A stretch of DNA of 64,000 bases from an uncultured Clostridia bacterium (GCA_944386385.1 CALXAV010000003.1:19376-83375); one strand, 5' to 3'. Numbered from the stretch's first letter, positions 27,597-36,230 are shown. Numbers and translations: made by a program. Notes: generated by a model from the sequence alone, not told the origin.

Positions 27597-28526
27597 TTAT
27601 TTTCTCTCAAAAATTCTAAGTTTTGCACTTTTGCTTCTTGAATTTCTTTCTTTTTCTTCATCTGTTGCTACAATTGGTTTTCTTGTAATTATTTCTCCTA
27701 AAGATTTTGCACCACATACACAATATGGTAAATCTTTTGGACATGTACATTTTCCTTTAGCATCAATATATGCATTTTTAACTGCTCTATCTTCTAGCGA
27801 ATGGAATGTTATTATACAAAGTCTTCCCCCTGGTTTTAGACATTCTATACAATTTTTAACAGTATCATATAATGGCTTTATTTCATTATTTACTTCTATT
27901 CTAATTGCTTGGAATGTTCTTTTTGCTGGGTGTCCATCATTTTGAAATTTTCTTGGTATTGATTTTTCTATTATTTCTACTAATTCTTTAGTGGTTTCAA
28001 TTTCCTTTTGTTTTCGATATTCGCAAATATTTTTAGCAATCTTTCTAGAAAATCTCTCTTCTCCATATTGATAAATTATATTTGCTAAATCTTCTTCTTT
28101 ATAATTATTTACTACCTCTTTTGCTGTGAGCTCTTGGGTTTTGTCCATTCTCATATCGAGTTCATTTTCACCCAAATAGCTAAAACCTCTATTTCTTTCA
28201 TCTAACTGATATGATGAAACCCCTAAATCTAACAATATTCCATCTACATTATTTATTTTTAAATGTTCTAATATATTTTTTATATTGTCATGATTATCAT
28301 GGACATATGTAACATTAGTAAATTCTTTTAAATTTTCTTTTGCAGCAAGCAAAGCCTCTTCGTCTCTGTCTATTCCAATTAATCTACCTTCATTAGATAA
28401 TCTTTTTAAAATCTCTTTACTATGTCCGGCACCACCAAGGGTTCCATCTACATATATACCATCTTCTTTAATGTTTAATCCATTTATGCATTCTTGTAAC
28501 ATAACTGGTTCATGTTTAAATTCCAA
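27597..28526 (-). CDS. rsmH: 16S rRNA (cytosine1402-N4)-methyltransferase
   Basis: HEPVMLQECI...YVDGTLGGAGHS, DLGVSSYQLD, and ITFHSLEDR. Confidence 0.92.
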   Translation of the reverse strand: MEFKHEPVMLQECINGLNIKEDGIYVDGTLGGAGHSKEILKRLSNEGRLIGIDRDEEALLAAKENLKEFTNVTYVHDNHDNIKNILEHLKINNVDGILLDLGVSSYQLDERNRGFSYLGENELDMRMDKTQELTAKEVVNNYKEEDLANIIYQYGEERFSRKIAKNICEYRKQKEIETTKELVEIIEKSIPRKFQNDGHPAKRTFQAIRIEVNNEIKPLYDTVKNCIECLKPGGRLCIITFHSLEDRAVKNAYIDAKGKCTCPKDLPYCVCGAKSLGEIITRKPIVATDEEKERNSRSKSAKLRIFERK

Positions 28527-28608
28527 TTTTACACCTCTGAATTCTTATAATGCAATTTTAGCTGGCAATTTATAAAAAACTACCAGCTGTTTTTCTTTAT
28601 ATGTACTT

Positions 28609-28804
28609 TCTTTTGGTTTTTCTTACGTATAAAATGTTTAATTTAATTTCTTTTGTACATTTATCTTTTGTACAACTTCATCTTTTGCATAATTTTCTTT
28701 TGTAATATTATCTTTTGTTTTTTATCTTTTGTATGTTTTAATTCTTTTGCGACTTTTTCTTTTGTAACTTAAAATCTTTATCTTTTGTATCTTTGTCTTT
28801 TGTT
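28609..28804 (-). repeat. Array of 11 TCTTTTG(T/C) motifs (TACAAAAGA on the transcribed strand) at about 15-nt spacing in the mraZ-rsmH spacer
   Basis: Motif starts are 28609, 28649, 28664, 28681, 28696, 28711, 28725, 28743, 28758, 28781 and 28796. Spacings are 40, 15, 17, 15, 15, 14, 18, 15, 23 and 15. Confidence 0.85.
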
Positions 28805-28827
28805 TTTATATAAACTTTTAAAAAAAG

Positions 28828-29253
28828 TTATATACCAAGCATTGTCATATTTTCTGCAATTTCGTCAGCAGAAATATTTTCATCACATTTATCCCATGTA
28901 GCTTTATCCCAAATTTCAAGTCTAGTTCCAACTCCTATAATAACAGTTTCTTTTTCTAAGTTTGCTGCTACTCTTAAATTATTAGGAATTAGAAATCTTC
29001 CTTGTTTATCTAGTTCACATTCTGTTGCTCCTGATAAGAAAAATCTTACAAAGTTTCTAGCATTTCTATCTGATAGTGGTAAAGATTTTAATTTTGTTTC
29101 GAAATTTAACCACTCATTTTGTGAAAACGCAAATAAACATCCATCTAATCCTTTTGTTACGATGAATTTCTCTCCCATATCTTGTCTTAACTTTGCTGGC
29201 ATTATTAATCTACCTTTTGTATCTAGAGAATGCTCGTATTCACCAATTAGCAA
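28828..29253 (-). CDS. mraZ: Transcriptional regulator MraZ
   Basis: (M)[22 protein letters not shown] and a second DKQGRFLIP repeat (two SpoVT/AbrB-like halves). TTG start with AGAGGTGA as RBS. Confidence 0.92.
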   Translation of the reverse strand: MLIGEYEHSLDTKGRLIMPAKLRQDMGEKFIVTKGLDGCLFAFSQNEWLNFETKLKSLPLSDRNARNFVRFFLSGATECELDKQGRFLIPNNLRVAANLEKETVIIGVGTRLEIWDKATWDKCDENISADEIAENMTMLGI

Positions 29254-29261
29254 TTAAATTT

Positions 29262-29308
29262 CACCTCTTTCCACTTTGTCACCACTTTGTACCACTTCTC
29301 TCCACTTC
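29262..29308 (-). promoter_or_regulatory. MraZ-box operator: 4-5 direct AAGTGG repeats at about 10-bp spacing in the mraZ leader
   Basis: The plus strand has CCACTT at 29271, 29282, 29292 and 29302, and a degenerate CACCTC at 29262. The minus strand reads GAGAAGTGGAGAGAAGTGGTACAAAGTGGTGACAAAGTGGAAAGAGGTGA. Confidence 0.65.
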
Positions 29309-29314
29309 TCCTAA

Positions 29315-29343
29315 ATTTTAATATAAGTTTTTATAATTTGCAA
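29315..29343 (-). promoter_or_regulatory. Putative dcw (mraZ) promoter
   Basis: On the minus strand, TTGCAA(29343-29338)-17 nt-TAAAAT(29320-29315), immediately upstream of the MraZ boxes. Confidence 0.5.
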
Positions 29344-29449
29344 TACTTTTTTTAAATTTTTTTTACTTTTTTTAATTTTCTATTTTATTTCTCAATTTAT
29401 CATTCGAACGAAAAAGAATATTATTATATTTATTTTCTTTTAAAAACAT

Positions 29450-29474
29450 GAAAAAAGAAGGTTCAAAAACCTTC
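29450..29474 (-). terminator. Intrinsic terminator after the upstream PBP gene
   Basis: GAAGGTT-caaa-AACCTTC hairpin (29457-29474), followed on the minus strand by TTTTTT. Confidence 0.65.
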
Positions 29475-29477
29475 TTT

Positions 29478-31814
29478 TTACTGAGCTCCACCACTTATTG
29501 TTTGTTTTAGCGTTACTTTTATTATCGTTCCTTCTTGTACTTGTTCATTAGCCATATAATCTTGTGTAATTACATTTCCTTTTCCTTCTATACTAATATT
29601 TAAATTCTTTTCTCTTAAAGCTGCCGTTGCCTGTGATGCATTCATACCTTTTAAGTCAGGTACCGCTACTGAAGTTGAAACCTCACTACCTTCTCCATAA
29701 AGAACTATGATAGAATTCTTAGATAAACTTGCTCCTGGTTTTGGAGTTTGGTCTGAAACTAAAGTAGTATTTGCATCTCCATTAACATGTGTTATTACTT
29801 TAAATCCTGCACCTTCTAATGTTTTTTGTGCCTCTGCTACAGTTTTGTTTCTAACATCTGGTACAGTTATTAAGTTACTTGTATCTTCTGTTTCTACATC
29901 TGTTGATGGTATTCCCAAACATGGTAATATCTCTGTAAGCATTTGTGATACAACTGGTGCAACTAAAGTTCCTCCCTGATGATTACTTTTTGGTGGATCA
30001 TATAAAGTCACTAATATTACTACTTTTGTATCTTCTATAGGAGAAATAGCAACAAATGATGCAACATATCCAGCATCAGTATTTGTATATATTGGTTCTG
30101 ATGTTCCTGATTTTCCACCTACTGAATAACCAGCAACTGCGGCATTTTTTCCTGTTCCTTCTGTTACTACTGATTCCATCATTGATTTTACTTGGTCTGC
30201 TGTTTGTTTTGAGATAACTTGTCTTACTTCTGTAACTGGTGTTTCTGTAACTGCTCCTGTTTCTGTATTTGTTATCTGTTTTACAATTCTTGGTTGTAAT
30301 AATACTCCGTCATTTGCAATAGCACATACTGCTGTTGCCATTTGAAGTGGAGTAATATTCAATCTTTGTCCAAATGACATTGTTGCAAGTTCAACTGGTC
30401 CTACATTTTCTAATTTTTGGAATATACTACTTTGTTCTCCATATAATCCTGAATTTGTTGAATCAAATAATCCAAATGCATCATAATATTTATATAATGT
30501 TGATGCTCCTATTCTTTTTCCTAATTGCATAAATGATGGGTTACAAGATTTTTCTAAAGCTTGTCTTAAACTTAATTCACCATGAGCACTAGTCCAACAT
30601 GATATTCTAACAGGTTTATCTGATGAAGCATCTTCAAATTCTTCATATCCCTTACATACAAAGTCTCCTGATTTATCTGTTGTTGTTATATTTTCCTCTA
30701 ATGCAACTGATGCTGTAATAAGTTTAAATACTGAACCTGGTTCATATGTTTCTGACACTGACCTGTTTGCCCACATTTTATATAAAGCTTCACTTTTTTC
30801 TTCAGATGATAAAGAATCGTAAGTTTCTGCCAATACTGAGTTTGGAGTATATGGCTCATTTAAATTGTAATCTGGATAACATGCCATAGCTAAAATATCT
30901 CCATTTTGTGGATTCATAACTATTGCATTTCCACCTTTTTCACAATCATTCTCTTCTACTGCTTGTTTTAAATATTTTTCTACAATTGTCTGTATTCTAT
31001 AATCTATAGTAAGTGTTATATCACTACCATTTTCTGCTGATATATATGTTTCTTCTGAATCTGGAATCTCTTGTTGATCACTACCTTTTGAACTTACTAT
31101 TTTTCCAGGTGTTCCAGTTAAAATTGAATCCCATTGATACTCAATACCACTTAATCCTTGATTATCTCTTCCACAAAATCCTATAACATTAGATGCCACA
31201 TTATCATATGGATAGTATCTTTTTGTATCTTCATCAATATTTATTCCAACTGATACTTTATTATCTTCCATCCATTTTTCCAATTCATCAACTTTATCTT
31301 GTTCAACTTTTTTAGCAATAGTTTCTACTTGTGAGCTACTATTTACTTTTTCTAAAGTCTCATTATAATCTAATTCAAAAATATCAGATAGACCTTTTGC
31401 AACTTTTTCTTTTAAAGCTGTTGTTTCTTCTTCGTCATCTCCAACTATTTTTGCTGGATTAATTGTAATAGTATCAACTTGTGCACTTATTGCTAGTGCT
31501 TTTCCTGTTGAGTCATATATATTTCCTCGTTTTGGACTTATTATTTGATTTATTGCTTGTTGATTATATGCTGCCTCTTTTAATGTACTTCCTTCTACAA
31601 ATTGTAAAAAACCGATTCTACCTATTAGAAATACAAAGATTAGTACTATAACAATTAAAGCTACTCTCAATTTTTTAATTTGAATCATGTTTTTAGACTC
31701 AAATGGTGTTTTCATTTTTATTACATTATCATTTGAGTTATTATTCTTTTTTATATTTTTTGTTTTATTTCTCAGGTTATTTTTATTTTTATCTTTATTA
31801 TTTTTCATAGACAT
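29478..31814 (-). CDS. Class B penicillin-binding protein with two PASTA domains (SpoVD/PBP2x-like)
   Basis: TM anchor, SxxK GSVFKLITAS, SxN KSCNP, KSG GGKSGTSE. Two PASTA domains: VPDVRNKTVAEAQKTL and VPDLKGMNASQATAAL. Confidence 0.92.
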   Translation of the reverse strand: MSMKNNKDKNKNNLRNKTKNIKKNNNSNDNVIKMKTPFESKNMIQIKKLRVALIVIVLIFVFLIGRIGFLQFVEGSTLKEAAYNQQAINQIISPKRGNIYDSTGKALAISAQVDTITINPAKIVGDDEEETTALKEKVAKGLSDIFELDYNETLEKVNSSSQVETIAKKVEQDKVDELEKWMEDNKVSVGINIDEDTKRYYPYDNVASNVIGFCGRDNQGLSGIEYQWDSILTGTPGKIVSSKGSDQQEIPDSEETYISAENGSDITLTIDYRIQTIVEKYLKQAVEENDCEKGGNAIVMNPQNGDILAMACYPDYNLNEPYTPNSVLAETYDSLSSEEKSEALYKMWANRSVSETYEPGSVFKLITASVALEENITTTDKSGDFVCKGYEEFEDASSDKPVRISCWTSAHGELSLRQALEKSCNPSFMQLGKRIGASTLYKYYDAFGLFDSTNSGLYGEQSSIFQKLENVGPVELATMSFGQRLNITPLQMATAVCAIANDGVLLQPRIVKQITNTETGAVTETPVTEVRQVISKQTADQVKSMMESVVTEGTGKNAAVAGYSVGGKSGTSEPIYTNTDAGYVASFVAISPIEDTKVVILVTLYDPPKSNHQGGTLVAPVVSQMLTEILPCLGIPSTDVETEDTSNLITVPDVRNKTVAEAQKTLEGAGFKVITHVNGDANTTLVSDQTPKPGASLSKNSIIVLYGEGSEVSTSVAVPDLKGMNASQATAALREKNLNISIEGKGNVITQDYMANEQVQEGTIIKVTLKQTISGGAQ

Positions 31815-31842
31815 GCCTCTTTTGTTAAAATTTCATACAATT

Positions 31843-31871
31843 ATTTTACGTAAAAATCTATAAAAAGTCAA
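31843..31871 (-). promoter_or_regulatory. Putative promoter of the 778-aa PBP gene
   Basis: On the minus strand, TTGACT(31871-31866)-17 nt-TAAAAT(31848-31843). Confidence 0.45.
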
Positions 31872-31974
31872 GGAAATTCACACAATAGTCACTTATATTT
31901 CTCTTTAAAATTTAGCTATTATTAATTTTACTCTCCTACTTTATTAACCACCCATCTCTTAAGCCTCTGTCAAA

Positions 31975-32003
31975 TTGACATAATATGTAACAAATGGTAT
32001 AAT
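31975..32003 (+). promoter_or_regulatory. Perfect-consensus sigma-70/sigma-A promoter of the foreign cassette
   Basis: TTGACA(31975-31980)-17 nt-TATAAT(31998-32003), with TG at 31995-31996 (extended -10). Confidence 0.7.
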
Positions 32004-32040
32004 ATACATGTATTATTCATTCAGTTTTAGGAGGTTTCAC

Positions 32041-33027
32041 ATGACAACCACTATCAGCTACCAGGCATCTTCCAAGAGCACCTATTCCCTTCGGAATAAG
32101 TTCCTGAAGCAGCTTGTAAAAGCTGGTCTTGCCACAGATGCTCTTGACGATGCGATAACAATCGCAAACAATATGGACGAGACTACCATGCTCAACACGC
32201 TTTGGGCGATGAGTTTTTCATTTTCCATGGAGCAAGCTCTTAATCAGCTTCATGTCACTACAAATGAAGCTCTCGAGGGCGACGGCATGGTCTTGGTTCC
32301 GAGTGAGTTTGTCTACAGCTTACGTAATGAACTGCGTCACCAGTATACGCTGGTACACCAAGGATTCCTCAGTACTCCTGATGACGAACATGCTGAATGT
32401 TTTGAGCAGTTCGTACAAAGCATGGGAATGGACAAGATTCTCAGTACCGTTATCTACACGAAAGTTTCTCGCTTTTTAGCGAAATATCTCAGTCCATCCA
32501 GCACTAGCATTATCTCCAAGACTATCTACTTGCTCAAGTCTGATCTTGGAAACTTCCGTTACGGCGGTTTGAAGAACATCGGTTTCATTTCTCTAGAAGC
32601 TAAAGAGCTTCTAGACAGAACAGGAGCTATCGCCAACTTGTTAGAGAACCTCTATGAAGCATCCTTCCCCAAAGGCATCTCTTCTAAGAGTGTCCTCAAC
32701 GAAAAGTGGAATCGTCCATTTGAAGACTTGGACAAGATGCTCGAAGAGAGCGGTTTTACGTTTTCTACTGGGAAAACAATCGAAATCCCAGTTCAACCAG
32801 AAGAAGGCGATGACTCAGCTGAGAACGTGAGCATCGAACCTGTAGAGCATGCCTCTTTGGCTGTTTCTAGGGTCACATCTATAGATGTCCTCCAAAACCC
32901 GGATTTGTTCAAGCAATTTATCCGTGGTTACGATGATATCTCTCAAGCTGGCTTTGATGTCAATGAGGTTGTCGAGAAGCTTGATGCTATTCGAAATCTC
33001 TTGCACAGCTATGATGCCCTTAGCTAG
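32041..33027 (+). CDS. ORFan protein (328 aa) in a compositionally foreign cassette; contains an RNELRH (R-x4-H) motif
   Basis: AGGAGG at 32029-32034 lies 6 nt before ATG 32041 (the track ORF starts at 32008). GC by hand count is 28/60 and 26/60 in two samples, against 12-13/60 in the flanks. Codons such as CTC, AGC, GGC and ACC look rare in the neighbouring genes. No family recognised. Confidence 0.75.
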   Translation: MTTTISYQASSKSTYSLRNKFLKQLVKAGLATDALDDAITIANNMDETTMLNTLWAMSFSFSMEQALNQLHVTTNEALEGDGMVLVPSEFVYSLRNELRHQYTLVHQGFLSTPDDEHAECFEQFVQSMGMDKILSTVIYTKVSRFLAKYLSPSSTSIISKTIYLLKSDLGNFRYGGLKNIGFISLEAKELLDRTGAIANLLENLYEASFPKGISSKSVLNEKWNRPFEDLDKMLEESGFTFSTGKTIEIPVQPEEGDDSAENVSIEPVEHASLAVSRVTSIDVLQNPDLFKQFIRGYDDISQAGFDVNEVVEKLDAIRNLLHSYDALS

Positions 33028-33047
33028 TGGTTAAACTGTAAACCATG

Positions 33048-33108
33048 GAGACGAAACTTTCGTCTCACGTACACCAAGACAGAAACGAGGGACTCCTCGT
33101 TTCTGTCT
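33048..33108 (+). terminator. Two consecutive strong hairpins closing the foreign cassette
   Basis: GAGACGAA-act-TTCGTCTC (33048-33066) and a perfect 14-bp stem AGACAGAAACGAGG-gact-CCTCGTTTCTGTCT (33077-33108). The U-tract is weak (TACTTTAATATT). Confidence 0.6.
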
Positions 33109-33188
33109 TACTTTAATATTATATAAACCCTTGCTGATTTTCCTATTTTGTATTAAAATATAACAAATTAAGATTTATGAGGTGTAAA

Positions 33189-34049
33189 ATGGACAATATT
33201 TTAGAAGAAACCAAATTTATTATGAAGAAATATCATATAAGAGCAAATAAATCATTAGGACAAAATTTTTTAATTGATGATAAAGTAGTAGAAGGAATAA
33301 TTAATGGAAGTGATGTAAACAAAGATGATTTAGTAATAGAAATCGGTCCTGGTTTAGGTACCCTTACTAAATACCTATTAGAAAAAGCAAAAAAAGTCAT
33401 CTGTGTTGAATTAGATAATAAAATGATTAACATATTGGAAGATAGATTTAAGTTATATGACAGTTTTGAACTTTTACATAACGATATTTTAAAAGTTGAT
33501 TTAAATTCTATTATAAAGAAAGAAAAAGAACAATCTGATATAAAACAAGTAAAAATAGTTGCAAATCTTCCATATTACATAACAACACCTATCATAATGA
33601 AATTATTAGAAGATAAATTAGATTTAGATTCTATAACAGTTATGATTCAAAAAGAAGTAGCTGACAGATTAATTGCAACACCTGGAGACAAAGATACTGG
33701 TGCTATTACATATTCTGTTTATTATTATGCAACTTCTAAATCCCTTTTAGAAGTCCCAAAAGATTCTTTTATTCCAGAACCAGAAGTTACTTCTGAGGTT
33801 ATAAAATTAGAAATAAGAAAAGAACCTCCTGTAGAAGTAAAAAATAAAGAAGTTATGTTTAGAATTATAAAGTCCGCATTTATGCAAAGAAGAAAAACTT
33901 TATTAAATGCTCTTACAAATACTAAAGTTTTCTTAAATAAAGAGGAAGGGGTAAAAATATTAAACAAACTAAATCTTCCAGAAGATGTTAGAGCTGAAAA
34001 ATTAACCCTTCAAGCTTTTGCAGATATAACAAATGAATTTATCAATTAA
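33189..34049 (+). CDS. rsmA: 16S rRNA (adenine1518/1519-N6)-dimethyltransferase
   Basis: KSLGQNFLID, IEIGPGLGTLT, and ANLPYYITTPI. I preferred ATG 33189 after GAGGTG. Confidence 0.92.
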   Translation: MDNILEETKFIMKKYHIRANKSLGQNFLIDDKVVEGIINGSDVNKDDLVIEIGPGLGTLTKYLLEKAKKVICVELDNKMINILEDRFKLYDSFELLHNDILKVDLNSIIKKEKEQSDIKQVKIVANLPYYITTPIIMKLLEDKLDLDSITVMIQKEVADRLIATPGDKDTGAITYSVYYYATSKSLLEVPKDSFIPEPEVTSEVIKLEIRKEPPVEVKNKEVMFRIIKSAFMQRRKTLLNALTNTKVFLNKEEGVKILNKLNLPEDVRAEKLTLQAFADITNEFIN

Positions 34050-34131
34050 AGTAAATTATTCACATAAAAGTATTTAAAAAAACACTATTATATGTTATAA
34101 TAAAAAAGAAGTATTAGAAAAGGAGAAGTTT

Positions 34132-34887
34132 ATGAATCAGATATTAGTAACAAAAAAACTATATATCACACCTGAGTTAAAAAGAAAAAAGAAAATTTAT
34201 AAATTCTATTTCTTTTTATCTGTTTTTTTGGTGTTTGCTTTAATCTCAGTATATATTTATGCTGAAGTTGATAGAAATAAAAGTGAAGAGACTTCTCAAT
34301 CAATCTTAGATGATTTTAATAATGGCGTTGAAGATACAACATTAGCAGATGGAAATGTATTAATTGCTGTTTTAAATGATACATCTGACGATGCTGACTC
34401 TTCTGCTGGTTCTTCAGAATCAAACAATCCACAGTCAACTGTAAATAAGAATAATGTACAAACAACAAGTGATGGATTTAATTATACGACAATAGCAACA
34501 ATAAATATTTCAAAAATTAATGTAAATTATCCGATATTAGATGGAGAAACAGATTCAGTAGAAGAAACAGAAGCTTTGTTAAAAATATCTCCAACAAAAT
34601 TCTGGGGGCCTAATCCAAATGAAGTTGGAAACTTCTGTATAGTTGGTCACAATTACAGAAACTCTAAATTCTTTAGTAAAGTTCCAACTCTAGAAAATGG
34701 AGATATTATAGATATAACTGATGAAGCTGGAAAAACAATTAGCTATTCTGTATATGATAAATATGAAGTTGTACCAGAAGATGTAAGCTGTACTTCTCAG
34801 CTTACAGATGGAAGAAAAGAAATAACCTTAATTACTTGTACAAATGATAGTAAAATGAGAGTAATTGTAAAAGCAAGAGCAATTTAA
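34132..34887 (+). CDS. Sortase-family transpeptidase
   Basis: N-terminal TM anchor, catalytic His box IVGHNYRN, and Cys box ITLITCTND (TLxTC). Confidence 0.85.
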   Translation: MNQILVTKKLYITPELKRKKKIYKFYFFLSVFLVFALISVYIYAEVDRNKSEETSQSILDDFNNGVEDTTLADGNVLIAVLNDTSDDADSSAGSSESNNPQSTVNKNNVQTTSDGFNYTTIATINISKINVNYPILDGETDSVEETEALLKISPTKFWGPNPNEVGNFCIVGHNYRNSKFFSKVPTLENGDIIDITDEAGKTISYSVYDKYEVVPEDVSCTSQLTDGRKEITLITCTNDSKMRVIVKARAI

Positions 34888-34888
34888 G

Positions 34889-34910
34889 AGGACTATAAAC
34901 TAGTCCTTTT
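34889..34910 (+). terminator. Intrinsic terminator after the sortase gene
   Basis: AGGACTA-taaac-TAGTCCT followed by TTTTATATTT. Confidence 0.5.
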
Positions 34911-34929
34911 ATATTTAAGGGGGTATTTT

Positions 34930-35688
34930 ATGGAAAATAATATTTTTGATTATGTAGCAACTATCTACGAAAAGTACAGACCATCTTATCCTGAAGAGTA
35001 TATAAGCTATCTTATATCTAAATGTAATTTAAATAAAAATTCAGTCATTGCAGATATTGGTGCAGGAACAGGAATATTTACTAAACAATTATTAGATAAA
35101 AATCTAAAAGTCATAGCCGTTGAGCCAAATGACAAAATGAGAAAAGTATTAGAAGAAAAACTAAGTGGAAATAAAAGTTTTACATCTATAAATGGTACTG
35201 ATAAAAATACAAATTTAAAAGAAAATAGTACCGATTTAATAACTGTTGCTCAAGCATTTCATTGGTTTGATATCAAATCTTTTAGAAAAGAATGTAAAAG
35301 AATATTAAAACCAAACGGAAAAGTTTGTATTATTTGGAATAAACTAGATACAAATGATACTATTGTTAAAGAAGAAAAAAATATAGATTATACATATACA
35401 AATCAATTTAAAGAAATAAATAATATTTTACAAGATGAAAAAAGAGAACAACTAATAAAAGAATTCTTTTCAAATGGTACTTATGAATGTAAAATAACAG
35501 AAAACAATCAAATATATAATAAAGAAACTTTTATTGGAGTTAATTTATCTAAATCTTATTCACTAAGAAAAGAAGATAAAAATTATAATGAATATATAAA
35601 GGCCTTCGAAGATTTATTTGACAAATATAGTAAAAACGGAAATTTAACAATAAAAAATAATACTTTTGCATATTTAGGTTCATTATAG
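34930..35688 (+). CDS. Class I SAM-dependent methyltransferase
   Basis: Motif I is VIADIGAGTGIFT; the post-I and motif II regions (VIAVEPN, ITVAQAFHWF) are present. Confidence 0.8.
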   Translation: MENNIFDYVATIYEKYRPSYPEEYISYLISKCNLNKNSVIADIGAGTGIFTKQLLDKNLKVIAVEPNDKMRKVLEEKLSGNKSFTSINGTDKNTNLKENSTDLITVAQAFHWFDIKSFRKECKRILKPNGKVCIIWNKLDTNDTIVKEEKNIDYTYTNQFKEINNILQDEKREQLIKEFFSNGTYECKITENNQIYNKETFIGVNLSKSYSLRKEDKNYNEYIKAFEDLFDKYSKNGNLTIKNNTFAYLGSL

Positions 35689-35777
35689 AATAATAAGAAT
35701 AAAAATTAAAATAAATAGCAACAAAAATATAATTCTCTCATAATATATTAGAAAGAATATATGGGAGGATTATTTTT

Positions 35778-36230
35778 ATGGCAAAGATACTAGTTTTTAA
35801 TAATGATACAGATAGAATGGAAACATATTACAGAGGCGAATCAGAACCTATGCCATATAATACAAATGGAACTTTAAGAGTAAGAGAATTTAGAGGTTCT
35901 AGTAAAAGTAACATATTATGGACAACAAAAAGATGTATGCAAAGTTGGAATAGTCAAAGATATATTTTCGGAGGTCCAATTCCTGTTGGTTTTGCCTTTA
36001 AAAGACCATATGAAGGAGGACATGGAAATCAAAGTCAACATTACGCTGGAGTTGCTTTTGACGTTGGTCAAACATTATCTTCTACAAGAAGAACTCAACT
36101 TTGGAACTCAGCAAATAATTCTGGTGTATGGTCATTTGTTGAGCCACTTTCTTTAACACCTACTTGGGTACATTTTGATAAGCGTTTCCGGCAAACCGGC
36201 TTGTTCTTCTGGTGGATATCCTACACTTAG
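35778..36230 (+). CDS. Peptidase M15-family (D-Ala-D-Ala carboxypeptidase-like) catalytic part; 5' piece of a frameshifted gene
   Basis: SQHYAGVAFDV (H..G.A.D) and TWVHFDKR (vH.D.R) zinc-ligand signatures. The frame breaks at about 36185. Confidence 0.7.
   Translation: MAKILVFNNDTDRMETYYRGESEPMPYNTNGTLRVREFRGSSKSNILWTTKRCMQSWNSQRYIFGGPIPVGFAFKRPYEGGHGNQSQHYAGVAFDVGQTLSSTRRTQLWNSANNSGVWSFVEPLSLTPTWVHFDKRFRQTGLFFWWISYT

Noticed and set aside
27547-27945. A 132-aa plus-strand ORF, and similar antisense ORFs at 50825-51319, 51338-51697 and 61860-62189.
   Set aside because: Each lies fully within a strongly supported minus-strand gene (rsmH, minD, the ynbB-like gene). These are shadow ORFs.
28609-28804. 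Considered whether the periodic repeat array is a CRISPR array.
   Set aside because: The repeat core is only 8-9 nt and the period about 15 nt. That is far shorter than CRISPR repeats (>=23 nt) with 26-40-nt spacers. No cas genes are nearby, and the array lies inside the dcw operon.
31862-31881. A 20-nt match with one mismatch, AAAAAGTCAA(G/T)GAAATTCAC. It occurs at 31862-31881 (PBP promoter) and 51724-51743 (minD promoter), in both cases covering the -35 TTGACT on the minus strand.
   Set aside because: A rough estimate for AT-rich DNA uses a per-base match probability of about 0.3 and about 4e9 position pairs on both strands. It predicts a few such 19/20 matches by chance in 64 kb. Six of the bases are simply a consensus -35. 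It is worth a genome-wide motif scan, but not a supported regulatory site.
32008-32040. The track start codon (MYYSFSFRRFH...) for the foreign ORF.
   Set aside because: ATG 32008 lies only 5 nt after the -10 hexamer and has no RBS. ATG 32041 is preceded by AGGAGG at optimal spacing.
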